This document shows positions 38,601-51,567 of a stretch of 64,000 nt of DNA, in pieces; within the stretch, counting starts at the first letter, position 1, and every line of letters starts with the position of its first letter. The stretch spans positions 1,054,001 to 1,118,000 of the forward strand of contig JAQGDQ010000015.1 in assembly GCA_030141605.1 (NCBI GenBank), given 5' to 3'. Both the position numbers and the translations under genes were made by a program. This DNA comes from Tubiluchus corallicola. Its lineage: Eukaryota; Animalia; Priapulida. The notes beneath the pieces are model-generated. The model made no database searches. It was not told where the DNA came from and was given only the letters and a program-made list of their open reading frames with translations.

Positions 38601-41220
38601 GTATGACTCTACTGATCTCAAGGGTTAGTCATTCTTTGAAGACAAAGCTTAACAATGCAACGTATGTACATTATGTGACAATGGGGCATCTTTTGCTTAG
38701 CCAGAACAGCATTTTGATGGTGTTTGACCCATTTTGTAATATAAAAGCTATCATTAGCTTGTTTAAAATGTAAACGTCAGTAGTTGTTTTTACTGGATGT
38801 GAGCCTAATATCTTTTTTGATGTCTATGAGGAGCACCCCATGACTCATACTTATATAAAAAACACACAGAGATTTTGCTTTAGCCATTGTCTAGTTTTCT
38901 TGGGGTAATCCTAGTTTCTCTGTTACAAAATCAGACCTTTATTACTGTTTTGGATCAGTCAACTTTCATTTATACAATTTTTTATATTCTTAGTTTGTAT
39001 TGCAACGTCCACAAGCTGAGGAATTTTTTGCTATCTATAAGGATGTCCTACCGGAGTATTGCCATTTGGTACAGGAGATAACATCTGGAGCTTGTGTTGC
39101 AATGGAGGTAACTGGACCTCATGACAATATTGTCCAAGCCTTCCGAGAGGTTGTTGGACCTAGAGATTCTGTGAGTTTTCTATCAGTTGAATTTTAATTT
39201 GTACTTCAAAATCAACGATTTTTTATATTTTTTATGTTAATAAAACCACTGAAATTGAATAATTTTGTGTGTGCTTTTAATTAGTCAGCGAATTATAAGT
39301 ATGACTCTAACGGTAATAGATAATGAACTTATGGTACATAAAGTTTCACAAGTAAGCTAATAATTTCAATATCTTGTGCTTATAAAAGTGCATTATTTTG
39401 ATTCCTCAACACCAGTACGTCCAAAATTAAGTTTGAATTAGCAATGAATTATAAAATATGAAGGAAATTTGATTAATGTGTTTAAAAGCAGGTTAGGTTT
39501 GTCCCATTCTCACATAGCAAATGTATAAAATGTCTTGAAACCATTTTCAAAATGGTTTGAGTATTCACACTTCAAAATGTTTTCACTGTTTTGGAAGGCA
39601 GTTTGAAAATGTTTTGCACTAAAATCCTTTGAGTGGCATGACATCAACAATGCATATTGTGCATCATCTATTTGTTTAAAACGGTTTCTTTATGACTATG
39701 TGAACATTGAAATTATTTTTTCAAAACAGTTTAACGAAAACGTTTCACGCAAAATGTTCTGAAACTGTTTCGCCGTATGAAAGGGGTAATAGTGCTCAGT
39801 ATTAAAATATATACAAATCTTTTATATTACAGTTTTTTGATAAGACATAACAATGCTGGTATATTAGATTATTAGTACCAGCAGAGAATTCAGATGAACA
39901 TTCAAGAAGAAGTTAAGGTTATTTCCCCTTTTTGTACATTAAACTGTGTGCTGGGGCTGACCAAACCACAGAGGCTTAGATCAGATGGTCAAGTCTCTGA
40001 CCCACAGTTCACATAACTATATATGTGAGAAATATTTTTGATTAATTATGAGATATAGATAAATGAGATATATAAAGATTGTATCATTTTAATGTTTCAA
40101 ATTTTCAATTATTGTGCATTGTGTAACTGAACTTCTTAATATCATTGTCTAGGTCAATATCTTGGTCAAAATGTAAAGAAACTGACATATACATAATTTC
40201 TCCTAATTCGTAACTTATTCGCAAGGCTGGGTTAGTGTTAGGTAGTAGTAGTAGTAGTAGTATAGTTTATTGACTACAAATGATACAAAAACTGAGGTAG
40301 CAGAAAAATAATGAAATTTACAGTCCATCATTATTTTTGTTAAGAATTAATCACAAGTAGGTCACATTAGTGTTTAAAATAAAGTAGTTGTGCTAATTTT
40401 ATGCAATAGAAAAAGTGGTTATACAATGTAGTTTCATATCTTAACTGAACAGCAAATATTAATAAAATTACTCTTTTTAATTTTGAAAAGTTTCTAACAT
40501 TTTCAAATGCGTAAATGCTCTCCATAACAGAAGACAGTGCAGAAAAGTTCACACTATCATATTTTCTACTAATTTCATTAGTCAAGTTGTAGTTCATTAA
40601 TACATAGTAATAAGCAATAATAATGATATCAATAATTAGCCAGTATCGATGGCAGTAGCATCCGTAAAGCAGAAATCTCCCATCGTCATGAGAGGTAGTA
40701 ATTAGTGTCTTTGTAAATGCATATTTTGTGGGTGTCTTTTTTGTGTGAAACACAATTGTATTTTTTTATTTTTTACCACTTATAGGAATTGGCAAAGCAA
40801 ATTCGCCCTCACACACTTCGGGCACACTTTGGTATTAACAAAACCCATAATGCTGTGCATTGTACTGACTTGCCAGATGATGGACCATTAGAGGTTTGTG
40901 TTTAAGTACTAAAGACATAAAAAAGTATTTAAACAAATGAAATGTTTTGTTTTGTAAATCCATATTTTAGAAAATTCTTGCAAATTTTTTAGTCATTTTG
41001 CTACAAGGTCATTGTTATCTAGAGTGAGCAGTTGTATTATTAATATATAAATGTTGGAAATTTCACGTGGAAAAAATCTTATTGTGCAGTACTTTTCAGC
41101 ACACAATAATTAGTTATGGTCAATAATTATGACATCATAAAACATAATATATTGATATCCTTATAGAGTTACATGGTTTTGTAGGTTGAATATTTCTTCA
41201 AGCTATTGGATTACTGCTAA
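31117..41220 (+). CDS. NME7: Nucleoside diphosphate kinase 7 (DM10 plus two NDK domains; ciliary/centrosomal)
   Basis: Exons: 31117(or 31138)-31242, 31914-32077, 33945-34106, 35235-35442, 36714-36816, 37443-37507, 38994-39170, 40786-40893, 41185-41220, with consistent phases. Motifs include EWYDPYASL..SVEMHD..RVFLRRT (DM10), TLAIIKPE, NACHGS, TLCIIKPH and NAVHCTDLPDDGPLEVEYFFKLL. The 5' end is ambiguous. Confidence 0.94.
34686..34746 (+). mobile_element. Degenerate tRNA-derived SINE head
   Basis: A-box-like TAGTCTAGTGG (34691) and B-box-like GTTCAAATCCC (34735); no convincing cloverleaf. Confidence 0.45.
35650..35679. repeat. (AT)n microsatellite
   Basis: Perfect TA run of about 15 units. 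Confidence 0.9.
37193..37280. repeat. CT-rich simple repeat
   Basis: Interrupted (CT)n runs. Confidence 0.75.
39503..39786. mobile_element. Degenerate MITE in an NME7 intron
   Basis: The left end cccattctcacatagcaaa resembles the reverse complement of the right end, cccctttcatacggcgaaa. Internal 'ttcaaaa..gttt' repeats are present. Confidence 0.45.
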
Positions 41221-43806
41221 TTATGGTGGTCAGAATATCAGTAAATGTCTGCAAGACGAGCTACAGCTTGTATTGTTCAAATTGACGAATTCAAACATGG
41301 TATCGTTAATTGTTTTTCTGTAGTACATGAAAATAATTGCACTCTTTTGAACATTCTGGTTTTAGCTTTCAGGTTTAGTACATTTTGCACTGTTTTCACG
41401 GTTGATGAGAACTTGAGCTCAATCATACTGTATATTGCATCAGTTTAAAGCTACCATGTCGAACCTTTCATTGAATCCATTTTGTCCAATAAACGTGTAA
41501 AATATGTAAGTGCCATAAGTATTTACGTGTTAGCTGTATGATTTTTCTCACTTTTAATAGTAATTGAACATGACAAACTGCTGTCTCCTCTGGCACGGTA
41601 AAATCTTGTTGCATTCGGTATTTCCCATTTCAGTCCTAATGATCTGACGTGTATTTCTTTTTGACTCATTTGTGTACTCATTCCTCTTCGCCAAATATAC
41701 CTGTGCCAATTTTTACCATTTGAGATTTTATATAATCATTTATTTACAGCAATTTTTGGTTTATTGAGTTTGTTTGCCATTTATACTTCAGTAATAGTGA
41801 CTTTCTTGTTTAACAAGTCATTATCCACATACTGTCTGTGACAAATTTATATTTTAGAAGTCGTAGCAATAAATTTATTTATATTGCAATCTTTGGCTAT
41901 TTAATTTCATATGGAATGTCTAAATAGAACTTTCTTAAAGGGGAAATATCACCAAAATTAAGTTGAGCTTGAATAACTCGCGATTATATTGCGAATACAA
42001 ATACGTACCTCATTTTTCACAAAGATACATGTTTAAGAATCCTTGGCAAAAGTTCGGATAAAATTGTACACAAAACAAACATTTGACAAGGCCGCCATTC
42101 AGCATGTATCTGCGCCTGCGCCTCTGGTGGCGAAATTGCCGTACTACAAATGAAACTTGGCAAAATGCCCAAGGGGAGAACGATTGTACGCAACACTTGT
42201 TTGAGTATTTGTTTACATCGACAAACAGTGTTCAGCATACAGTACTTTTACGCAGTTTATACCTAGTGACGGTATCACGGTAAAGATTAGCTTATTGTGA
42301 AGTGAATGTATGATTTGCTCGGTTTCGGTCTTGATTCTTCTTATTGAAAAACGGTCTTGGAATGTGTTACACTAGGTTTCAGCAATTAGACGGGATGCAG
42401 CAGTCAGATGGAAAGTATCGAAATACGAAGCCAAAATATAATAACTTTTAGTTTCCAATGAGCAACAGAAAATTATTGAAGCAATGAAAGTACAATCTAA
42501 AAACTTGCATTCACTCCTACAACCTGTGTGATAATTTCTCGGCTGTTTGCTTTGAAACGTGAGTTTAGAACATGATGAACTCTAGTGTCAAAAATATTGT
42601 GCTTACACTTTCGGAGAGATTCAGTCGATGCAGTTTTTTGTAGTGCTTTTTTGTTTCATTTTAAGCCCAAGTGCACAGTTTAGCGATGCAGTTTAGTCAT
42701 CTCTAGATTTGTATCCATTTCAATAGAAAAAAAACAATTACATTATGTAATGCAATAAATAATTATTTTGTCATTGAACCACATTATATCGTTAGTTTTT
42801 TATTTTGTAAAAGTGGATAATAATTACATTAATAATAAATGTATTATTATCATTAATTTTTATTTCAGTCCAACTGACCACAAGAATTTTATCTAATCCT
42901 AATATTTTAATAATACTGCTGTGTAAAAATAAACACAACATGATGTTATCATGTAAAAACAAAAGCTAATGAACAAAGGTTAACGTTCTTGTTGGTATTT
43001 AAATAACTGAAATATGACAAAGTTAAAAATGTTCATATATGTTTAATCAATAAGTCTACAGCTAATATGTTATAGCATATTATAGTTATGCTTCAGTGAA
43101 TTTCTCTGTTTACAAATTCATTATTTCTTCTAGCAGAATGAAGTTACTATATCAGACTTGTTGTACAAGAAAAGAACTTTTGTTACCAATGCCCACACTT
43201 TTGCAGCTTGTATTGCTGACGATGTTTTCAATTAATGCCACAAGAATTTTCACAATATGCTGTAGGCCTACTTTTGCGCAATGATTGTTTACCTCTATTA
43301 GAATATACTATAATGGACCTATAACTTTCGACGGTAGTAAAATACCGCTTTTGATGAAAACATGTTAATGAGTGCAACGACAATCGTTTCTATCAGCTGA
43401 CTACCTATCCGAACCAAGGTCAAATGCTGTAATGTAGTAATAACAGCTTTATTTTCAGCCCAGTCGTGTATGACAGTATCACAACAGGCTGCGTGTACAC
43501 TCAGTTATGTCATCAGCCTGAGCTGCGCTAGTTCAATTTTGTTCACCGGGAGAGGCGTAAGTGCAGCTCCATGGCGTTTCCCGTGAGATACAAAAAAGTT
43601 AATTACTCATTAATTAGACAACGTACTGCTAAAAAAATTTCGCCAAGTTGCTCCCGGGAAAGGCAACTATAAAATAAGTTTAACTTGATTTTCATGATAT
43701 TCCCCCTTTAAATTAATACCAGTGCTCTTAACCATACCAACTGAATACACAATATTAGTATGTTAACAGTAGTGTATTACTTAATTACTATGATCATTAT
43801 TTACTG

Positions 43807-45844
43807 TCAGCTGTCTAATAATCGTTTTAATAATTGTTTCAGTTCATTTGCAGCAAGGACTCTGTCTTTTTCAGCACAATTTTCAATGCAACATGTTAAT
43901 AAACTATTTATGGTACTTGTGACATTATGTGATAGTTTGCCCTCTAGCCTATGTAACAATCCACATGGTCGAGCTGTTCTTGACAACAAGTTGTGAGAAG
44001 TGGCATATATATTAAAGTCAGATTGACTGTAGGAACACAGTTCATTTGGCACAAAAGATAAACAATCGGGTTGCAATCCGCAGTCAATGTCAGTGACCTT
44101 GTGCATTGACGTCTTGTTCACATTTTCTGCAGGAATAAAAATAGCATTTAGTATTGTCATCTTAACTGCTATGATTATCATAGCATCAATATCATAATAT
44201 CAACATTGTCAATAATTATGGTCATCAAGGACAATATAACCCTCAATCCCAGTATTACATTACAATGTGTTAAACGGTTTTAAATAAATGCTAACAAGCA
44301 ACCACATTTGCTTGTAGGTGTACAGAGCTCATATACTCGGTATATAGAGATGTTTCAGGAAGAAGAAAAGATTTGCTATCAGTACCTGTTTAAGTGCAGT
44401 GCATGAATTATTTTACTAGATTTTAAAGCCAAGGCTTCAAGCAAGAGGACTAGTATAATAGTAGAATCAGCTTTCATCCATAGATCTATATTGAACGATG
44501 TTGTGATCTTTGTGATAAAAAATTAGCATACCTTGCAGTTTGTCAACTATTACAACATCTTCAACATCAACAATCACAACGCTTCCATCATCTCTCACAG
44601 CAATGTTATCAAATGTGAGGTCAGTAAAATACAATGAGAAGTGATCTCTGGTTGCAGTCAACTTCAATGCATGTTCTAGCAACTGTATGGAAAGCTGTAC
44701 TCTTGTTTTCCAAGGTGCTTTACAATATTTACCTTGTAAATAAAAAATAGGGGAACCATTTTTACAAATAATTGTGAAATAACTGTACATGTTGTACTGT
44801 CATGAATGTGTTTCTGCATTTCTACTATTCAACTCAAACAAAAGTTCTTAGACATCATGTCACCACACGGTTGTTTTCTAAAACTGTGCATATATTTTAT
44901 TTCGCTATTATGATTCAATGGTGAGTCACAAAACACCAAACCAAATGAAAAATCTGAAAGTGTGATGAGAACTTACTCAAAGAATGGGGAATAAACTCTT
45001 CGGCCACCAATTTTCCACACGCTCCCACAAAGTTTGGAAACGGAAACCCTTTTCTAGCAGGAAATAACTGAAATAAAGGTGATAATAACAATGGCAGTCA
45101 TAAGAGAAATAATTATTAAATATCATGTAATGTACATTCATTTTATGGAAAAATATGTAGAAGTGCGAGACCAATGTATTATCTTAGGCTTTCTGATTTC
45201 AAGGTGTTAGAGAGCTTAGTTAGGCCTGTTGTATTATGAATTACATTAATGTTACTAACAATTCTGTTCTATTTTGTTACTTGCACTTCGGCTTTAGATT
45301 ATTACTTTTGACAAACTGTCGCTGCCTAAAAACATACCTGTATGGCAAGTGGCTCAGGATTAATATGTAGCATAGCTATCATATCTTCAACTTCTAAGCG
45401 GGTAGTTTCTTTTATTTTTTCGAGTTTCTCTAATATCCGCCCAGAAGGCTCACATGTAAATGCTTTACGTATGGCAGCTGTCAGAAGGTGGAAAATTTTT
45501 TCATCTGGCTGTTGTTGATCACTGCACAATCTAAAGTCTTTGACGAACATTTGTTCATAATTGTGTAATTCTCTTCTGTGACCCAGCTTTTTAAGAACAA
45601 TGTCTTTTTCTTGACAATTTGCACACACGGCATAGTATACGTTCTTGGTATTTAAACCAAGGAAGTCTTTCACTGTTTTTGTAAGCTTGATACTTGATGC
45701 CTTACCACACAAATAATCTCCATACTGGAAACAGCCATATTGTTGAGACAAAGAATCAAAATCACTAAGTGAATAATATCTCCAAATTATGAAGATAGTT
45801 ACAACAATTAGCGCTGCATGCTTTATTGATCTTTTTCTTAGCAT
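43807..45844 (-). CDS. DIPK2A: Divergent protein kinase domain 2A-like protein (DIA1/C3orf58 family), 4 coding exons, 372 aa
   Basis: Exons: 45844-45338, 45067-44977, 44732-44532, 44126-43807, all GT-AG and in phase. There is an N-terminal signal anchor, then NTKNVYYA, IVLKKLG, INPEPLAIQ-LFP..GFPFPNFVGACGK, FSLYFTDLTFDNIAV..DGSVVIVDVEDVVIVDK and CLSFVPNELC..DFNIYA..NLLS..GLLH. Confidence 0.88.
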
Positions 45845-46094
45845 GTCAATGTCAAAATCTCCACTTCAAGCAGTAGCAGTGTCTGTAGCACAATTGTTCT
45901 GTTTTGACTGTTAAAGAAGTTGAAATTTTCCATTTCCAGTTTTACAAACTCCCACAGTCTTACTCTTCATTTGCTAAAATAAATAAATAAATAAATATCA
46001 AATATTTTTTGGGCCTTATAAAAAGCTTCTGGAACTTTTCAGCCTCTGTTAAATTTGCTATTGTGGGATCTCCATTAAATTATGTCGTAAAGTT

Positions 46095-46235
46095 GGTTTG
46101 CATTGATTGGCTAACCTTGCGGTTGGTAAGTTCTTACCATGGTAATATCTATCATCTCTGTTTTTAAAAATTTAGTCCAATATTAGCTCATCACTTGTCA
46201 CTCAGTTATAACATCAATGCTACGCCATTGGCTGA
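46095..46235. promoter_or_regulatory. Cluster of CCAAT boxes, candidate DIPK2A promoter
   Basis: ATTGG/CCAAT at about 46107, 46177 and 46227, 260-390 bp upstream of the ATG. Function is inferred. Confidence 0.3.
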
Positions 46236-46471
46236 TGATGAAGTTACGACAAACAGCAACGAAATTCCACCTGTGTGATTACATGATCGAGTGGCTTAGG
46301 TGATGGATTTTCGTCTAAGCACCGTAACTTCAGATACCGGCGTTTGGTAAAGCTATATTAAGTTAGTTGCGATTTTAATCAGGTTTATAAATATCGCTTC
46401 ACTTTCAATAATGTTATCTAGTTAGGCTGATTATAATACAACTTGTTCTACATACCTAAGGTTAACAAATA

Positions 46472-47624
46472 CAGTATAATCCACTTACAACGAGCCCCCA
46501 CATTATTACGAGGAAATTTCAAAGAAATCTGCCAAAACTTAGGCCTTAAATAATGTATTTAAAGTTTGCTTACAGCGAAGTCCTATATAACGAGATTTTG
46601 CTTATTACAATGATTTAGCTGCCCTGTGATCATTCTTCCCCTGTATATAATGAGCACGGGTTCTAAAACAATGGATAAAGTTGTGGCACCATTCACAAGG
46701 GCAAAAAGATCACTGTGTACAGTGCATATCAAGTATAGCTCATGCAGATGTGTTGGGTGCTGGTGAGTCTGCAGCAGCATGTGTCGCTCTATAGAAACGG
46801 GTACGATGTTTCGAGCGAAGGGAGGCGGCCAGTTTGTGAACAGGTTAGGTTGTGTGGTGCAGTTGGGGCCATTGCTAAACTTCAACAATTTTTAAATCAT
46901 CACTAGCAACTGATAATGACGTGTTCTTATACCTTTTGAAACTTGACAGCTCATTAAAAAAAGTTGTGGTGCAAAGCAGGCAAAATAATCGAGTTTTTCA
47001 AAAAAATTAACTGTTTTGTTTTGCGAAATAAATAAGTGTGTGACTTTCAAAGTTTAATTTTAATAAAGTTTAAAGTAATGCTTTAAGTAAATGCAGTGAT
47101 TTTACAGTAAATAACACAGAGGCTAACCAGACTATTGTTGACCTAGCCTATGCTCATTACCATAAATTATACTGCTTTTGCAAAGCACCGCTATTTTCCA
47201 CTGACCCGCAGGCATCTAGGGTTTTGTGCAGGCATTTAAATGATTACAACATCCAAGATAAGGCACTCGTCTGTAGCTAGATGTCACAATGAATCCAGCA
47301 GTGGTTTAGTAATCTAACTTGTGTGACCTTTTTATGCAGGAATTTATTGCATAAATACTGCTTAATCCTAGAAATAACAGAGTTTAAACCCTATTAGTTT
47401 ACTCTTTTGTGATAAACTAGTTGCTAAACCATGGCAGTCATTTAAAAAAAATTTGTGCCAGTCATCAAAAGAAAGTTTTCTTTTTACCGCTACGTAATAT
47501 CTGCCTTATAAGTTTCATTTCTATCTTGTGTATACACTCAAACAATAGACCTCAGCTGTAATGAAAAGGGATTATAGCGAGCAATTTTTCACGGTCTGAA
47601 ACTCATTACAAGCGAATTATATTG
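46472..47624. mobile_element. Non-autonomous Tc1/mariner-pogo (Tigger-like) element with TA TSD
   Basis: ta|CAGTATAATCCACTTACAACGAG ... CTCATTACAAGCGAATTATATTG|ta; 17 of 23 TIR positions match. Confidence 0.75.
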
Positions 47625-47899
47625 TAACAACTGTTCAAATCAGAATTAAATGCCTTTTAAGTTAAAATTGCAGTATTTCATTTTATTTTCATATTTTTTA
47701 CAATGCTACATAGTAATTTTGTATGCATTCAATTGTTCAGTGGGTGCCGTTTGGATCTTACACTGTGTGGAATAGACTTAGGCAAAGTTCACTGCGGTGG
47801 AGTGTAATTTGGTAGCAGTGTGTACCTCAAAGTAGTGTACTGCAGCAGGGTGTAGCTCAGTTGTGTATCGCCACAGCTACCACATGCCATGGTGACAGA

Positions 47900-50430
47900 G
47901 TCAAAACACTCTGCTGCATTGCATGTATCGTATCACACTCCTTCACACACAGTGGACACATTAAATCTTCCTTACACTTATTTTTATAATTACACTTTAA
48001 TTTGATCATATTTAGTTTCCATTCAGTAATTTCGTACACAGTTTTTTCATCACACTCCATCACATATTTATTGCCTGTTCCCAATTTTCCACACTATTTT
48101 TCATAAATGTCAGTTTTGTCATATCATCACACTTTTTCACAGCTTCAACTTCTAGATACTGTTTAACCTCTTTTTAATTTCTTTTTCCCATTGTGACTTC
48201 AATAAGCTTTGCATTCTTTCAACATTTATATCTAAATCATACATACTTGCAATTTCTCTAATTTCTGTCCCCCAGCTTCTGGGAATGTTTTTATTACATA
48301 TACTCAACATCACCTTTTTAGTATCTCGTTTACTTTCAGATACCAGCACATGTCGGTACCACATTAATTTTTTATAGTGTATTATTTCTCTCAATGGCCA
48401 GACTCCCCAAGTCATCATTAGGCCCCAGTAACTCGTAGACTTTTTGCTTCATCGTACTTCTTAGGGCTTCTATTTGCCGACTTTCCATTTCTTCATAGTT
48501 TGTTTCTGTTAATTTACCCCACACCACCATATTGAAAATTATACTAGGAATCATCGTTGTCTTGTACAATAACCGTCTTATTTTTATAGCTTCAATTCCT
48601 ACATTGTCAGAACTACTCCAATTGATAATTTCATATATCATATGTTCCACTTTCTTACTTCTTTTTTCTACAGATGTGATGACTTCCTGTTTCGTTCATA
48701 TAGTCACTTAAGTATTTATAATGGCTGACTTTATTAATTTTTCCTTTCTTAATACACATATTACATTCGACAAGCCTTCGATCTGCCTTTCCTAGTTTTC
48801 ATGTGATTACCTACTGTTGTGATTTTTCACTACTAAAAGTAAACTTTTTGATTTCTTCCATCAATCTGCAATTTTTTGTCTCATTCATTACTACATTTTC
48901 ATCACCACAGCCCAGAATATCATCCACATATATTCTGGCATCAAACCCAACATCATTACTTATTAACGAGAGTTTTTTCCTACCCATTTTATTTACCTGG
49001 TCTGTGCTAGCGCAACACATAACTGGTCCCCACAAAGTTCATTGTCGTACAGTTTCTCCGACTCGGAATTTCTTTGTTAATCCTACCGGTCTGCTAATTT
49101 TCAGTTCAGCATATTTATTTAGTTCAAACAGAAGACTGAAGGTATTTTTCATTCAAGCCAAGTCTGCATAGGTCACTTATACAATCGCTTAGCCTCAATT
49201 TGTTAAAGCATTTTTCTGCATCCATAAAAATTACATGCACTGATTTTCCATAGTAATGAGAATACTCAATGTACCTGTACAAAATAAACAGATTGTCAGT
49301 TATACCTCGTCCTTTTTTCCTCCACATTGACTCTCTGACAAATTATTTTGCAACACTATTTCATTTCTTTTCAATAGTATTTTTTCAAATAATTTAGATA
49401 CATTAGCATTACTGGTGAGGAAAATGCCTCTCCGATTCTTTAGCTCACTACGACTTCCTTTACTTTATAAATAGATTTTACTGTCATTTCCAAGTATTCT
49501 TCTGGCATTGTTTCACTCATTAGTATCTCATTAAACATGTGTACTATACTTTGTAACAAATCACTTCCTGCTTTCATCATCTCATTATACCACCCTTGGT
49601 CATCCATTGCTTTTGTAGGGCATCCCACTAGCCGAAGTAGGACACTTCCGGCAAAACGCATGTGCTAAATTTACGGAAAAGCAGTGTCGTACATGGGCAG
49701 CTCAAGTAGGACACCAGCGATTTCTCTCGAGAATCGAGATTTATGACATACTAAAACACAAAAGTAAATTTGTTTTAGAAAGAAAGTAACTTTATAATAA
49801 TGATGGATAGTCCTTCACAATTTACAAATGTATTTTTTGCAACAATATCATCATTATTATTAGCTCCATTAATATCATCATAACATTAAACTAAGTATCT
49901 ATTGCTTTAAAGAGAGAAACTATGTAGGGCACGTAACTCGCTAACCCGTTTACTTGGTAGAAAACAATTATTTGTCCAAGAGGGAGTGAAAAAGATCACC
50001 TGTCTGTGAAGCAACACAAAATAAAAAACGATATATCTTAAACACATGTTGGATCTCCTAAAAAGCATGCTTATTTCACTTCGAAAAAGATTAATATTGG
50101 CAAATGTTAGTTCTTCTAGCTCAGAATAAAATTCTTTTATTTTATCAGATGTACAATAAATTATTCAACGTATATTGACGTTTTTAATTATTATTATTCC
50201 ATAAACAAGGACAACGGACGGTACCAGTACGCTTAACAACTCAATTCGCGACCTGTTTCTAGTGTCCTACTTGAGCAGCCCATGTACGACGCGTCCTACT
50301 TGGGCTAGCCCATGTTCGACGCGTCCTACCTGGGCTAGCCCATGTACGCCAATTGTACTACTTCGGCTAGTGGGTTACTCGGCACCCAATAGCTTTCTTA
50401 TTCTTCAAAGTTCTTATTGCTTCTTAATAA
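47900..50430 (-). mobile_element. Decayed LINE ORF2 (RT plus C-terminal zinc finger), interrupted by a MITE at 49614-50391
   Basis: Frameshifted RT motifs: LKNKKA/MDDQGW, GRGITDNLF, FMDAEKCFNKL, MWGPVMC and IYVDDI. The C-terminus has CPLC..ECDT. Confidence 0.88.
49614..50391. mobile_element. Unclassified MITE (778 bp) with imperfect TIRs, subterminal 30-bp repeats and an apparent 5-bp TSD (GCTTT)
   Basis: cccactagccgaagtag near 49625 is inverted relative to ctacttcggctagtggg near 50358. Three tandem gtcctacttgggctagcccatgtacgacgc-like units lie at 50264-50350, with an inverted copy at about 49687-49713. GCTTT occurs at 49609-49613 and 50392-50396. Confidence 0.8.
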
Positions 50431-50659
50431 ATTCTTAATAAGATTAAAAATACGTTTTTGGCTAGTGAGTGGCGCACCCTAGAATGGTGAGTCAGCGATA
50501 TTTTACCAATTATTGGTGAAAACATTTTAAATAATTAAAAATTTTCCTTTCTAGTTACACAAGTCTTTCTAGCAGTAGCAGGTAAGCGAAAAGCTAAATA
50601 ATATAGATTTGCATTTAAAGTCTTTTCGTACATAATTTAACATTGCCTTTTCTTCCCCT

Positions 50660-50754
50660 GATTAGGTGACGTCATGTAATGGCGCCGTCGGAACAGTATT
50701 GCGCGAGATTTAAAAAGAAGACAAACAAAAATTATTTTCAATGTGACTGTGAGT
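50660..50754 (+). promoter_or_regulatory. Candidate promoter and non-coding first exon of the methyltransferase gene
   Basis: A full CRE palindrome TGACGTCA (50667-50674), a YY1-like AATGGCG (50678), a local CpG cluster and a splice donor GTGAGT at 50749. Confidence 0.5.
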
Positions 50755-50919
50755 ATAATATATGCATAAAATTGCTATAAAGTAGTATAATTTTTTAAGG
50801 CGATTTTTCTGAAACCTACTTCAGGTACCCCTTTTCTTGTACTTTGGGCAATAAGCATCAAGGTTGATTACGTTACTTGTATCTTGTACGGTGACATTCA
50901 TTTGTGCCTATCTAACCAG

Positions 50920-51100
50920 TTAGAGTGGACACCGAGGAAACAACGAAATGATATATGCCTGACATTGGTATTTTTATAACCAATAATTTCTTCAGCAGTT
51001 TCTTTCATTACTTTCTTAACATCTACCCATTCAGGACCTGAAGTGGTGTTATTTTCTTTTATGTCCTGTTTGCCAAATTGCCAGAGCACTCCGGAAATCT
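50920..51100 (-). mobile_element. Short RTE-like LINE fragment
   Basis: EWVDVKKVMKETAEEIIGYK is typical of the linker after the endonuclease domain. Confidence 0.45.
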
Positions 51101-51567
51101 TTAAAAAATGGCACTGATAATAAAATGGTAAAAAGAGTTTTCATATTGATTAATACCACGTGTGTTAAATTGTGTTTTATGATTATGACTTTTATCATTT
51201 TGTTAAAATTACACCCTGGGAAATTGAAGAAGAGAGCTAGAACTAAAAAAATAGGGGTAGTTTGCAGATTATCTTAGACAATTTATATTTTGTGCAATGC
51301 AGAAGACCATGGCATGTTACTTAGATTAACGTCATTGTTATTCTTCAATGGGTGATTTTGCATCTTTATTTTGATGAACTTTAAATATCTTTATATATAA
51401 CTATGTTTATATAACTATATATGTATATAACTTTAGGCAATAAGAACCTGCAAACATCTGAAATTTGTGGAACACGATTAAAAATGATCAAGCCTTCTAA
51501 AATAAAATAAAAGTTTATGACATTGAGGTCATAACACAGTATAAATAAACTATCGACTGCGATCAAA

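Noticed and set aside
40367-40753. 128-aa minus-strand ORF in an NME7 intron (and the similar 131-aa ORF at 56780-57175)
   Set aside because: AT-rich, low-information composition with no motifs or splice support.
41154-41184. ATATCCTT as a U12-type intron signal in the last NME7 intron
   Set aside because: The intron donor is GTTTGT and the exons join correctly as an ordinary U2 GT-AG intron.
42112-42135. CTCF-like site (gcgcctctggtgg) between the convergent NME7 and DIPK2A genes
   Set aside because: It is one base short of the consensus core and unsupported without ChIP data.
50264-50350. 30-bp repeats as a CRISPR array
   Set aside because: The units are directly tandem with no spacers, lie within MITE ends, and the context is eukaryotic.
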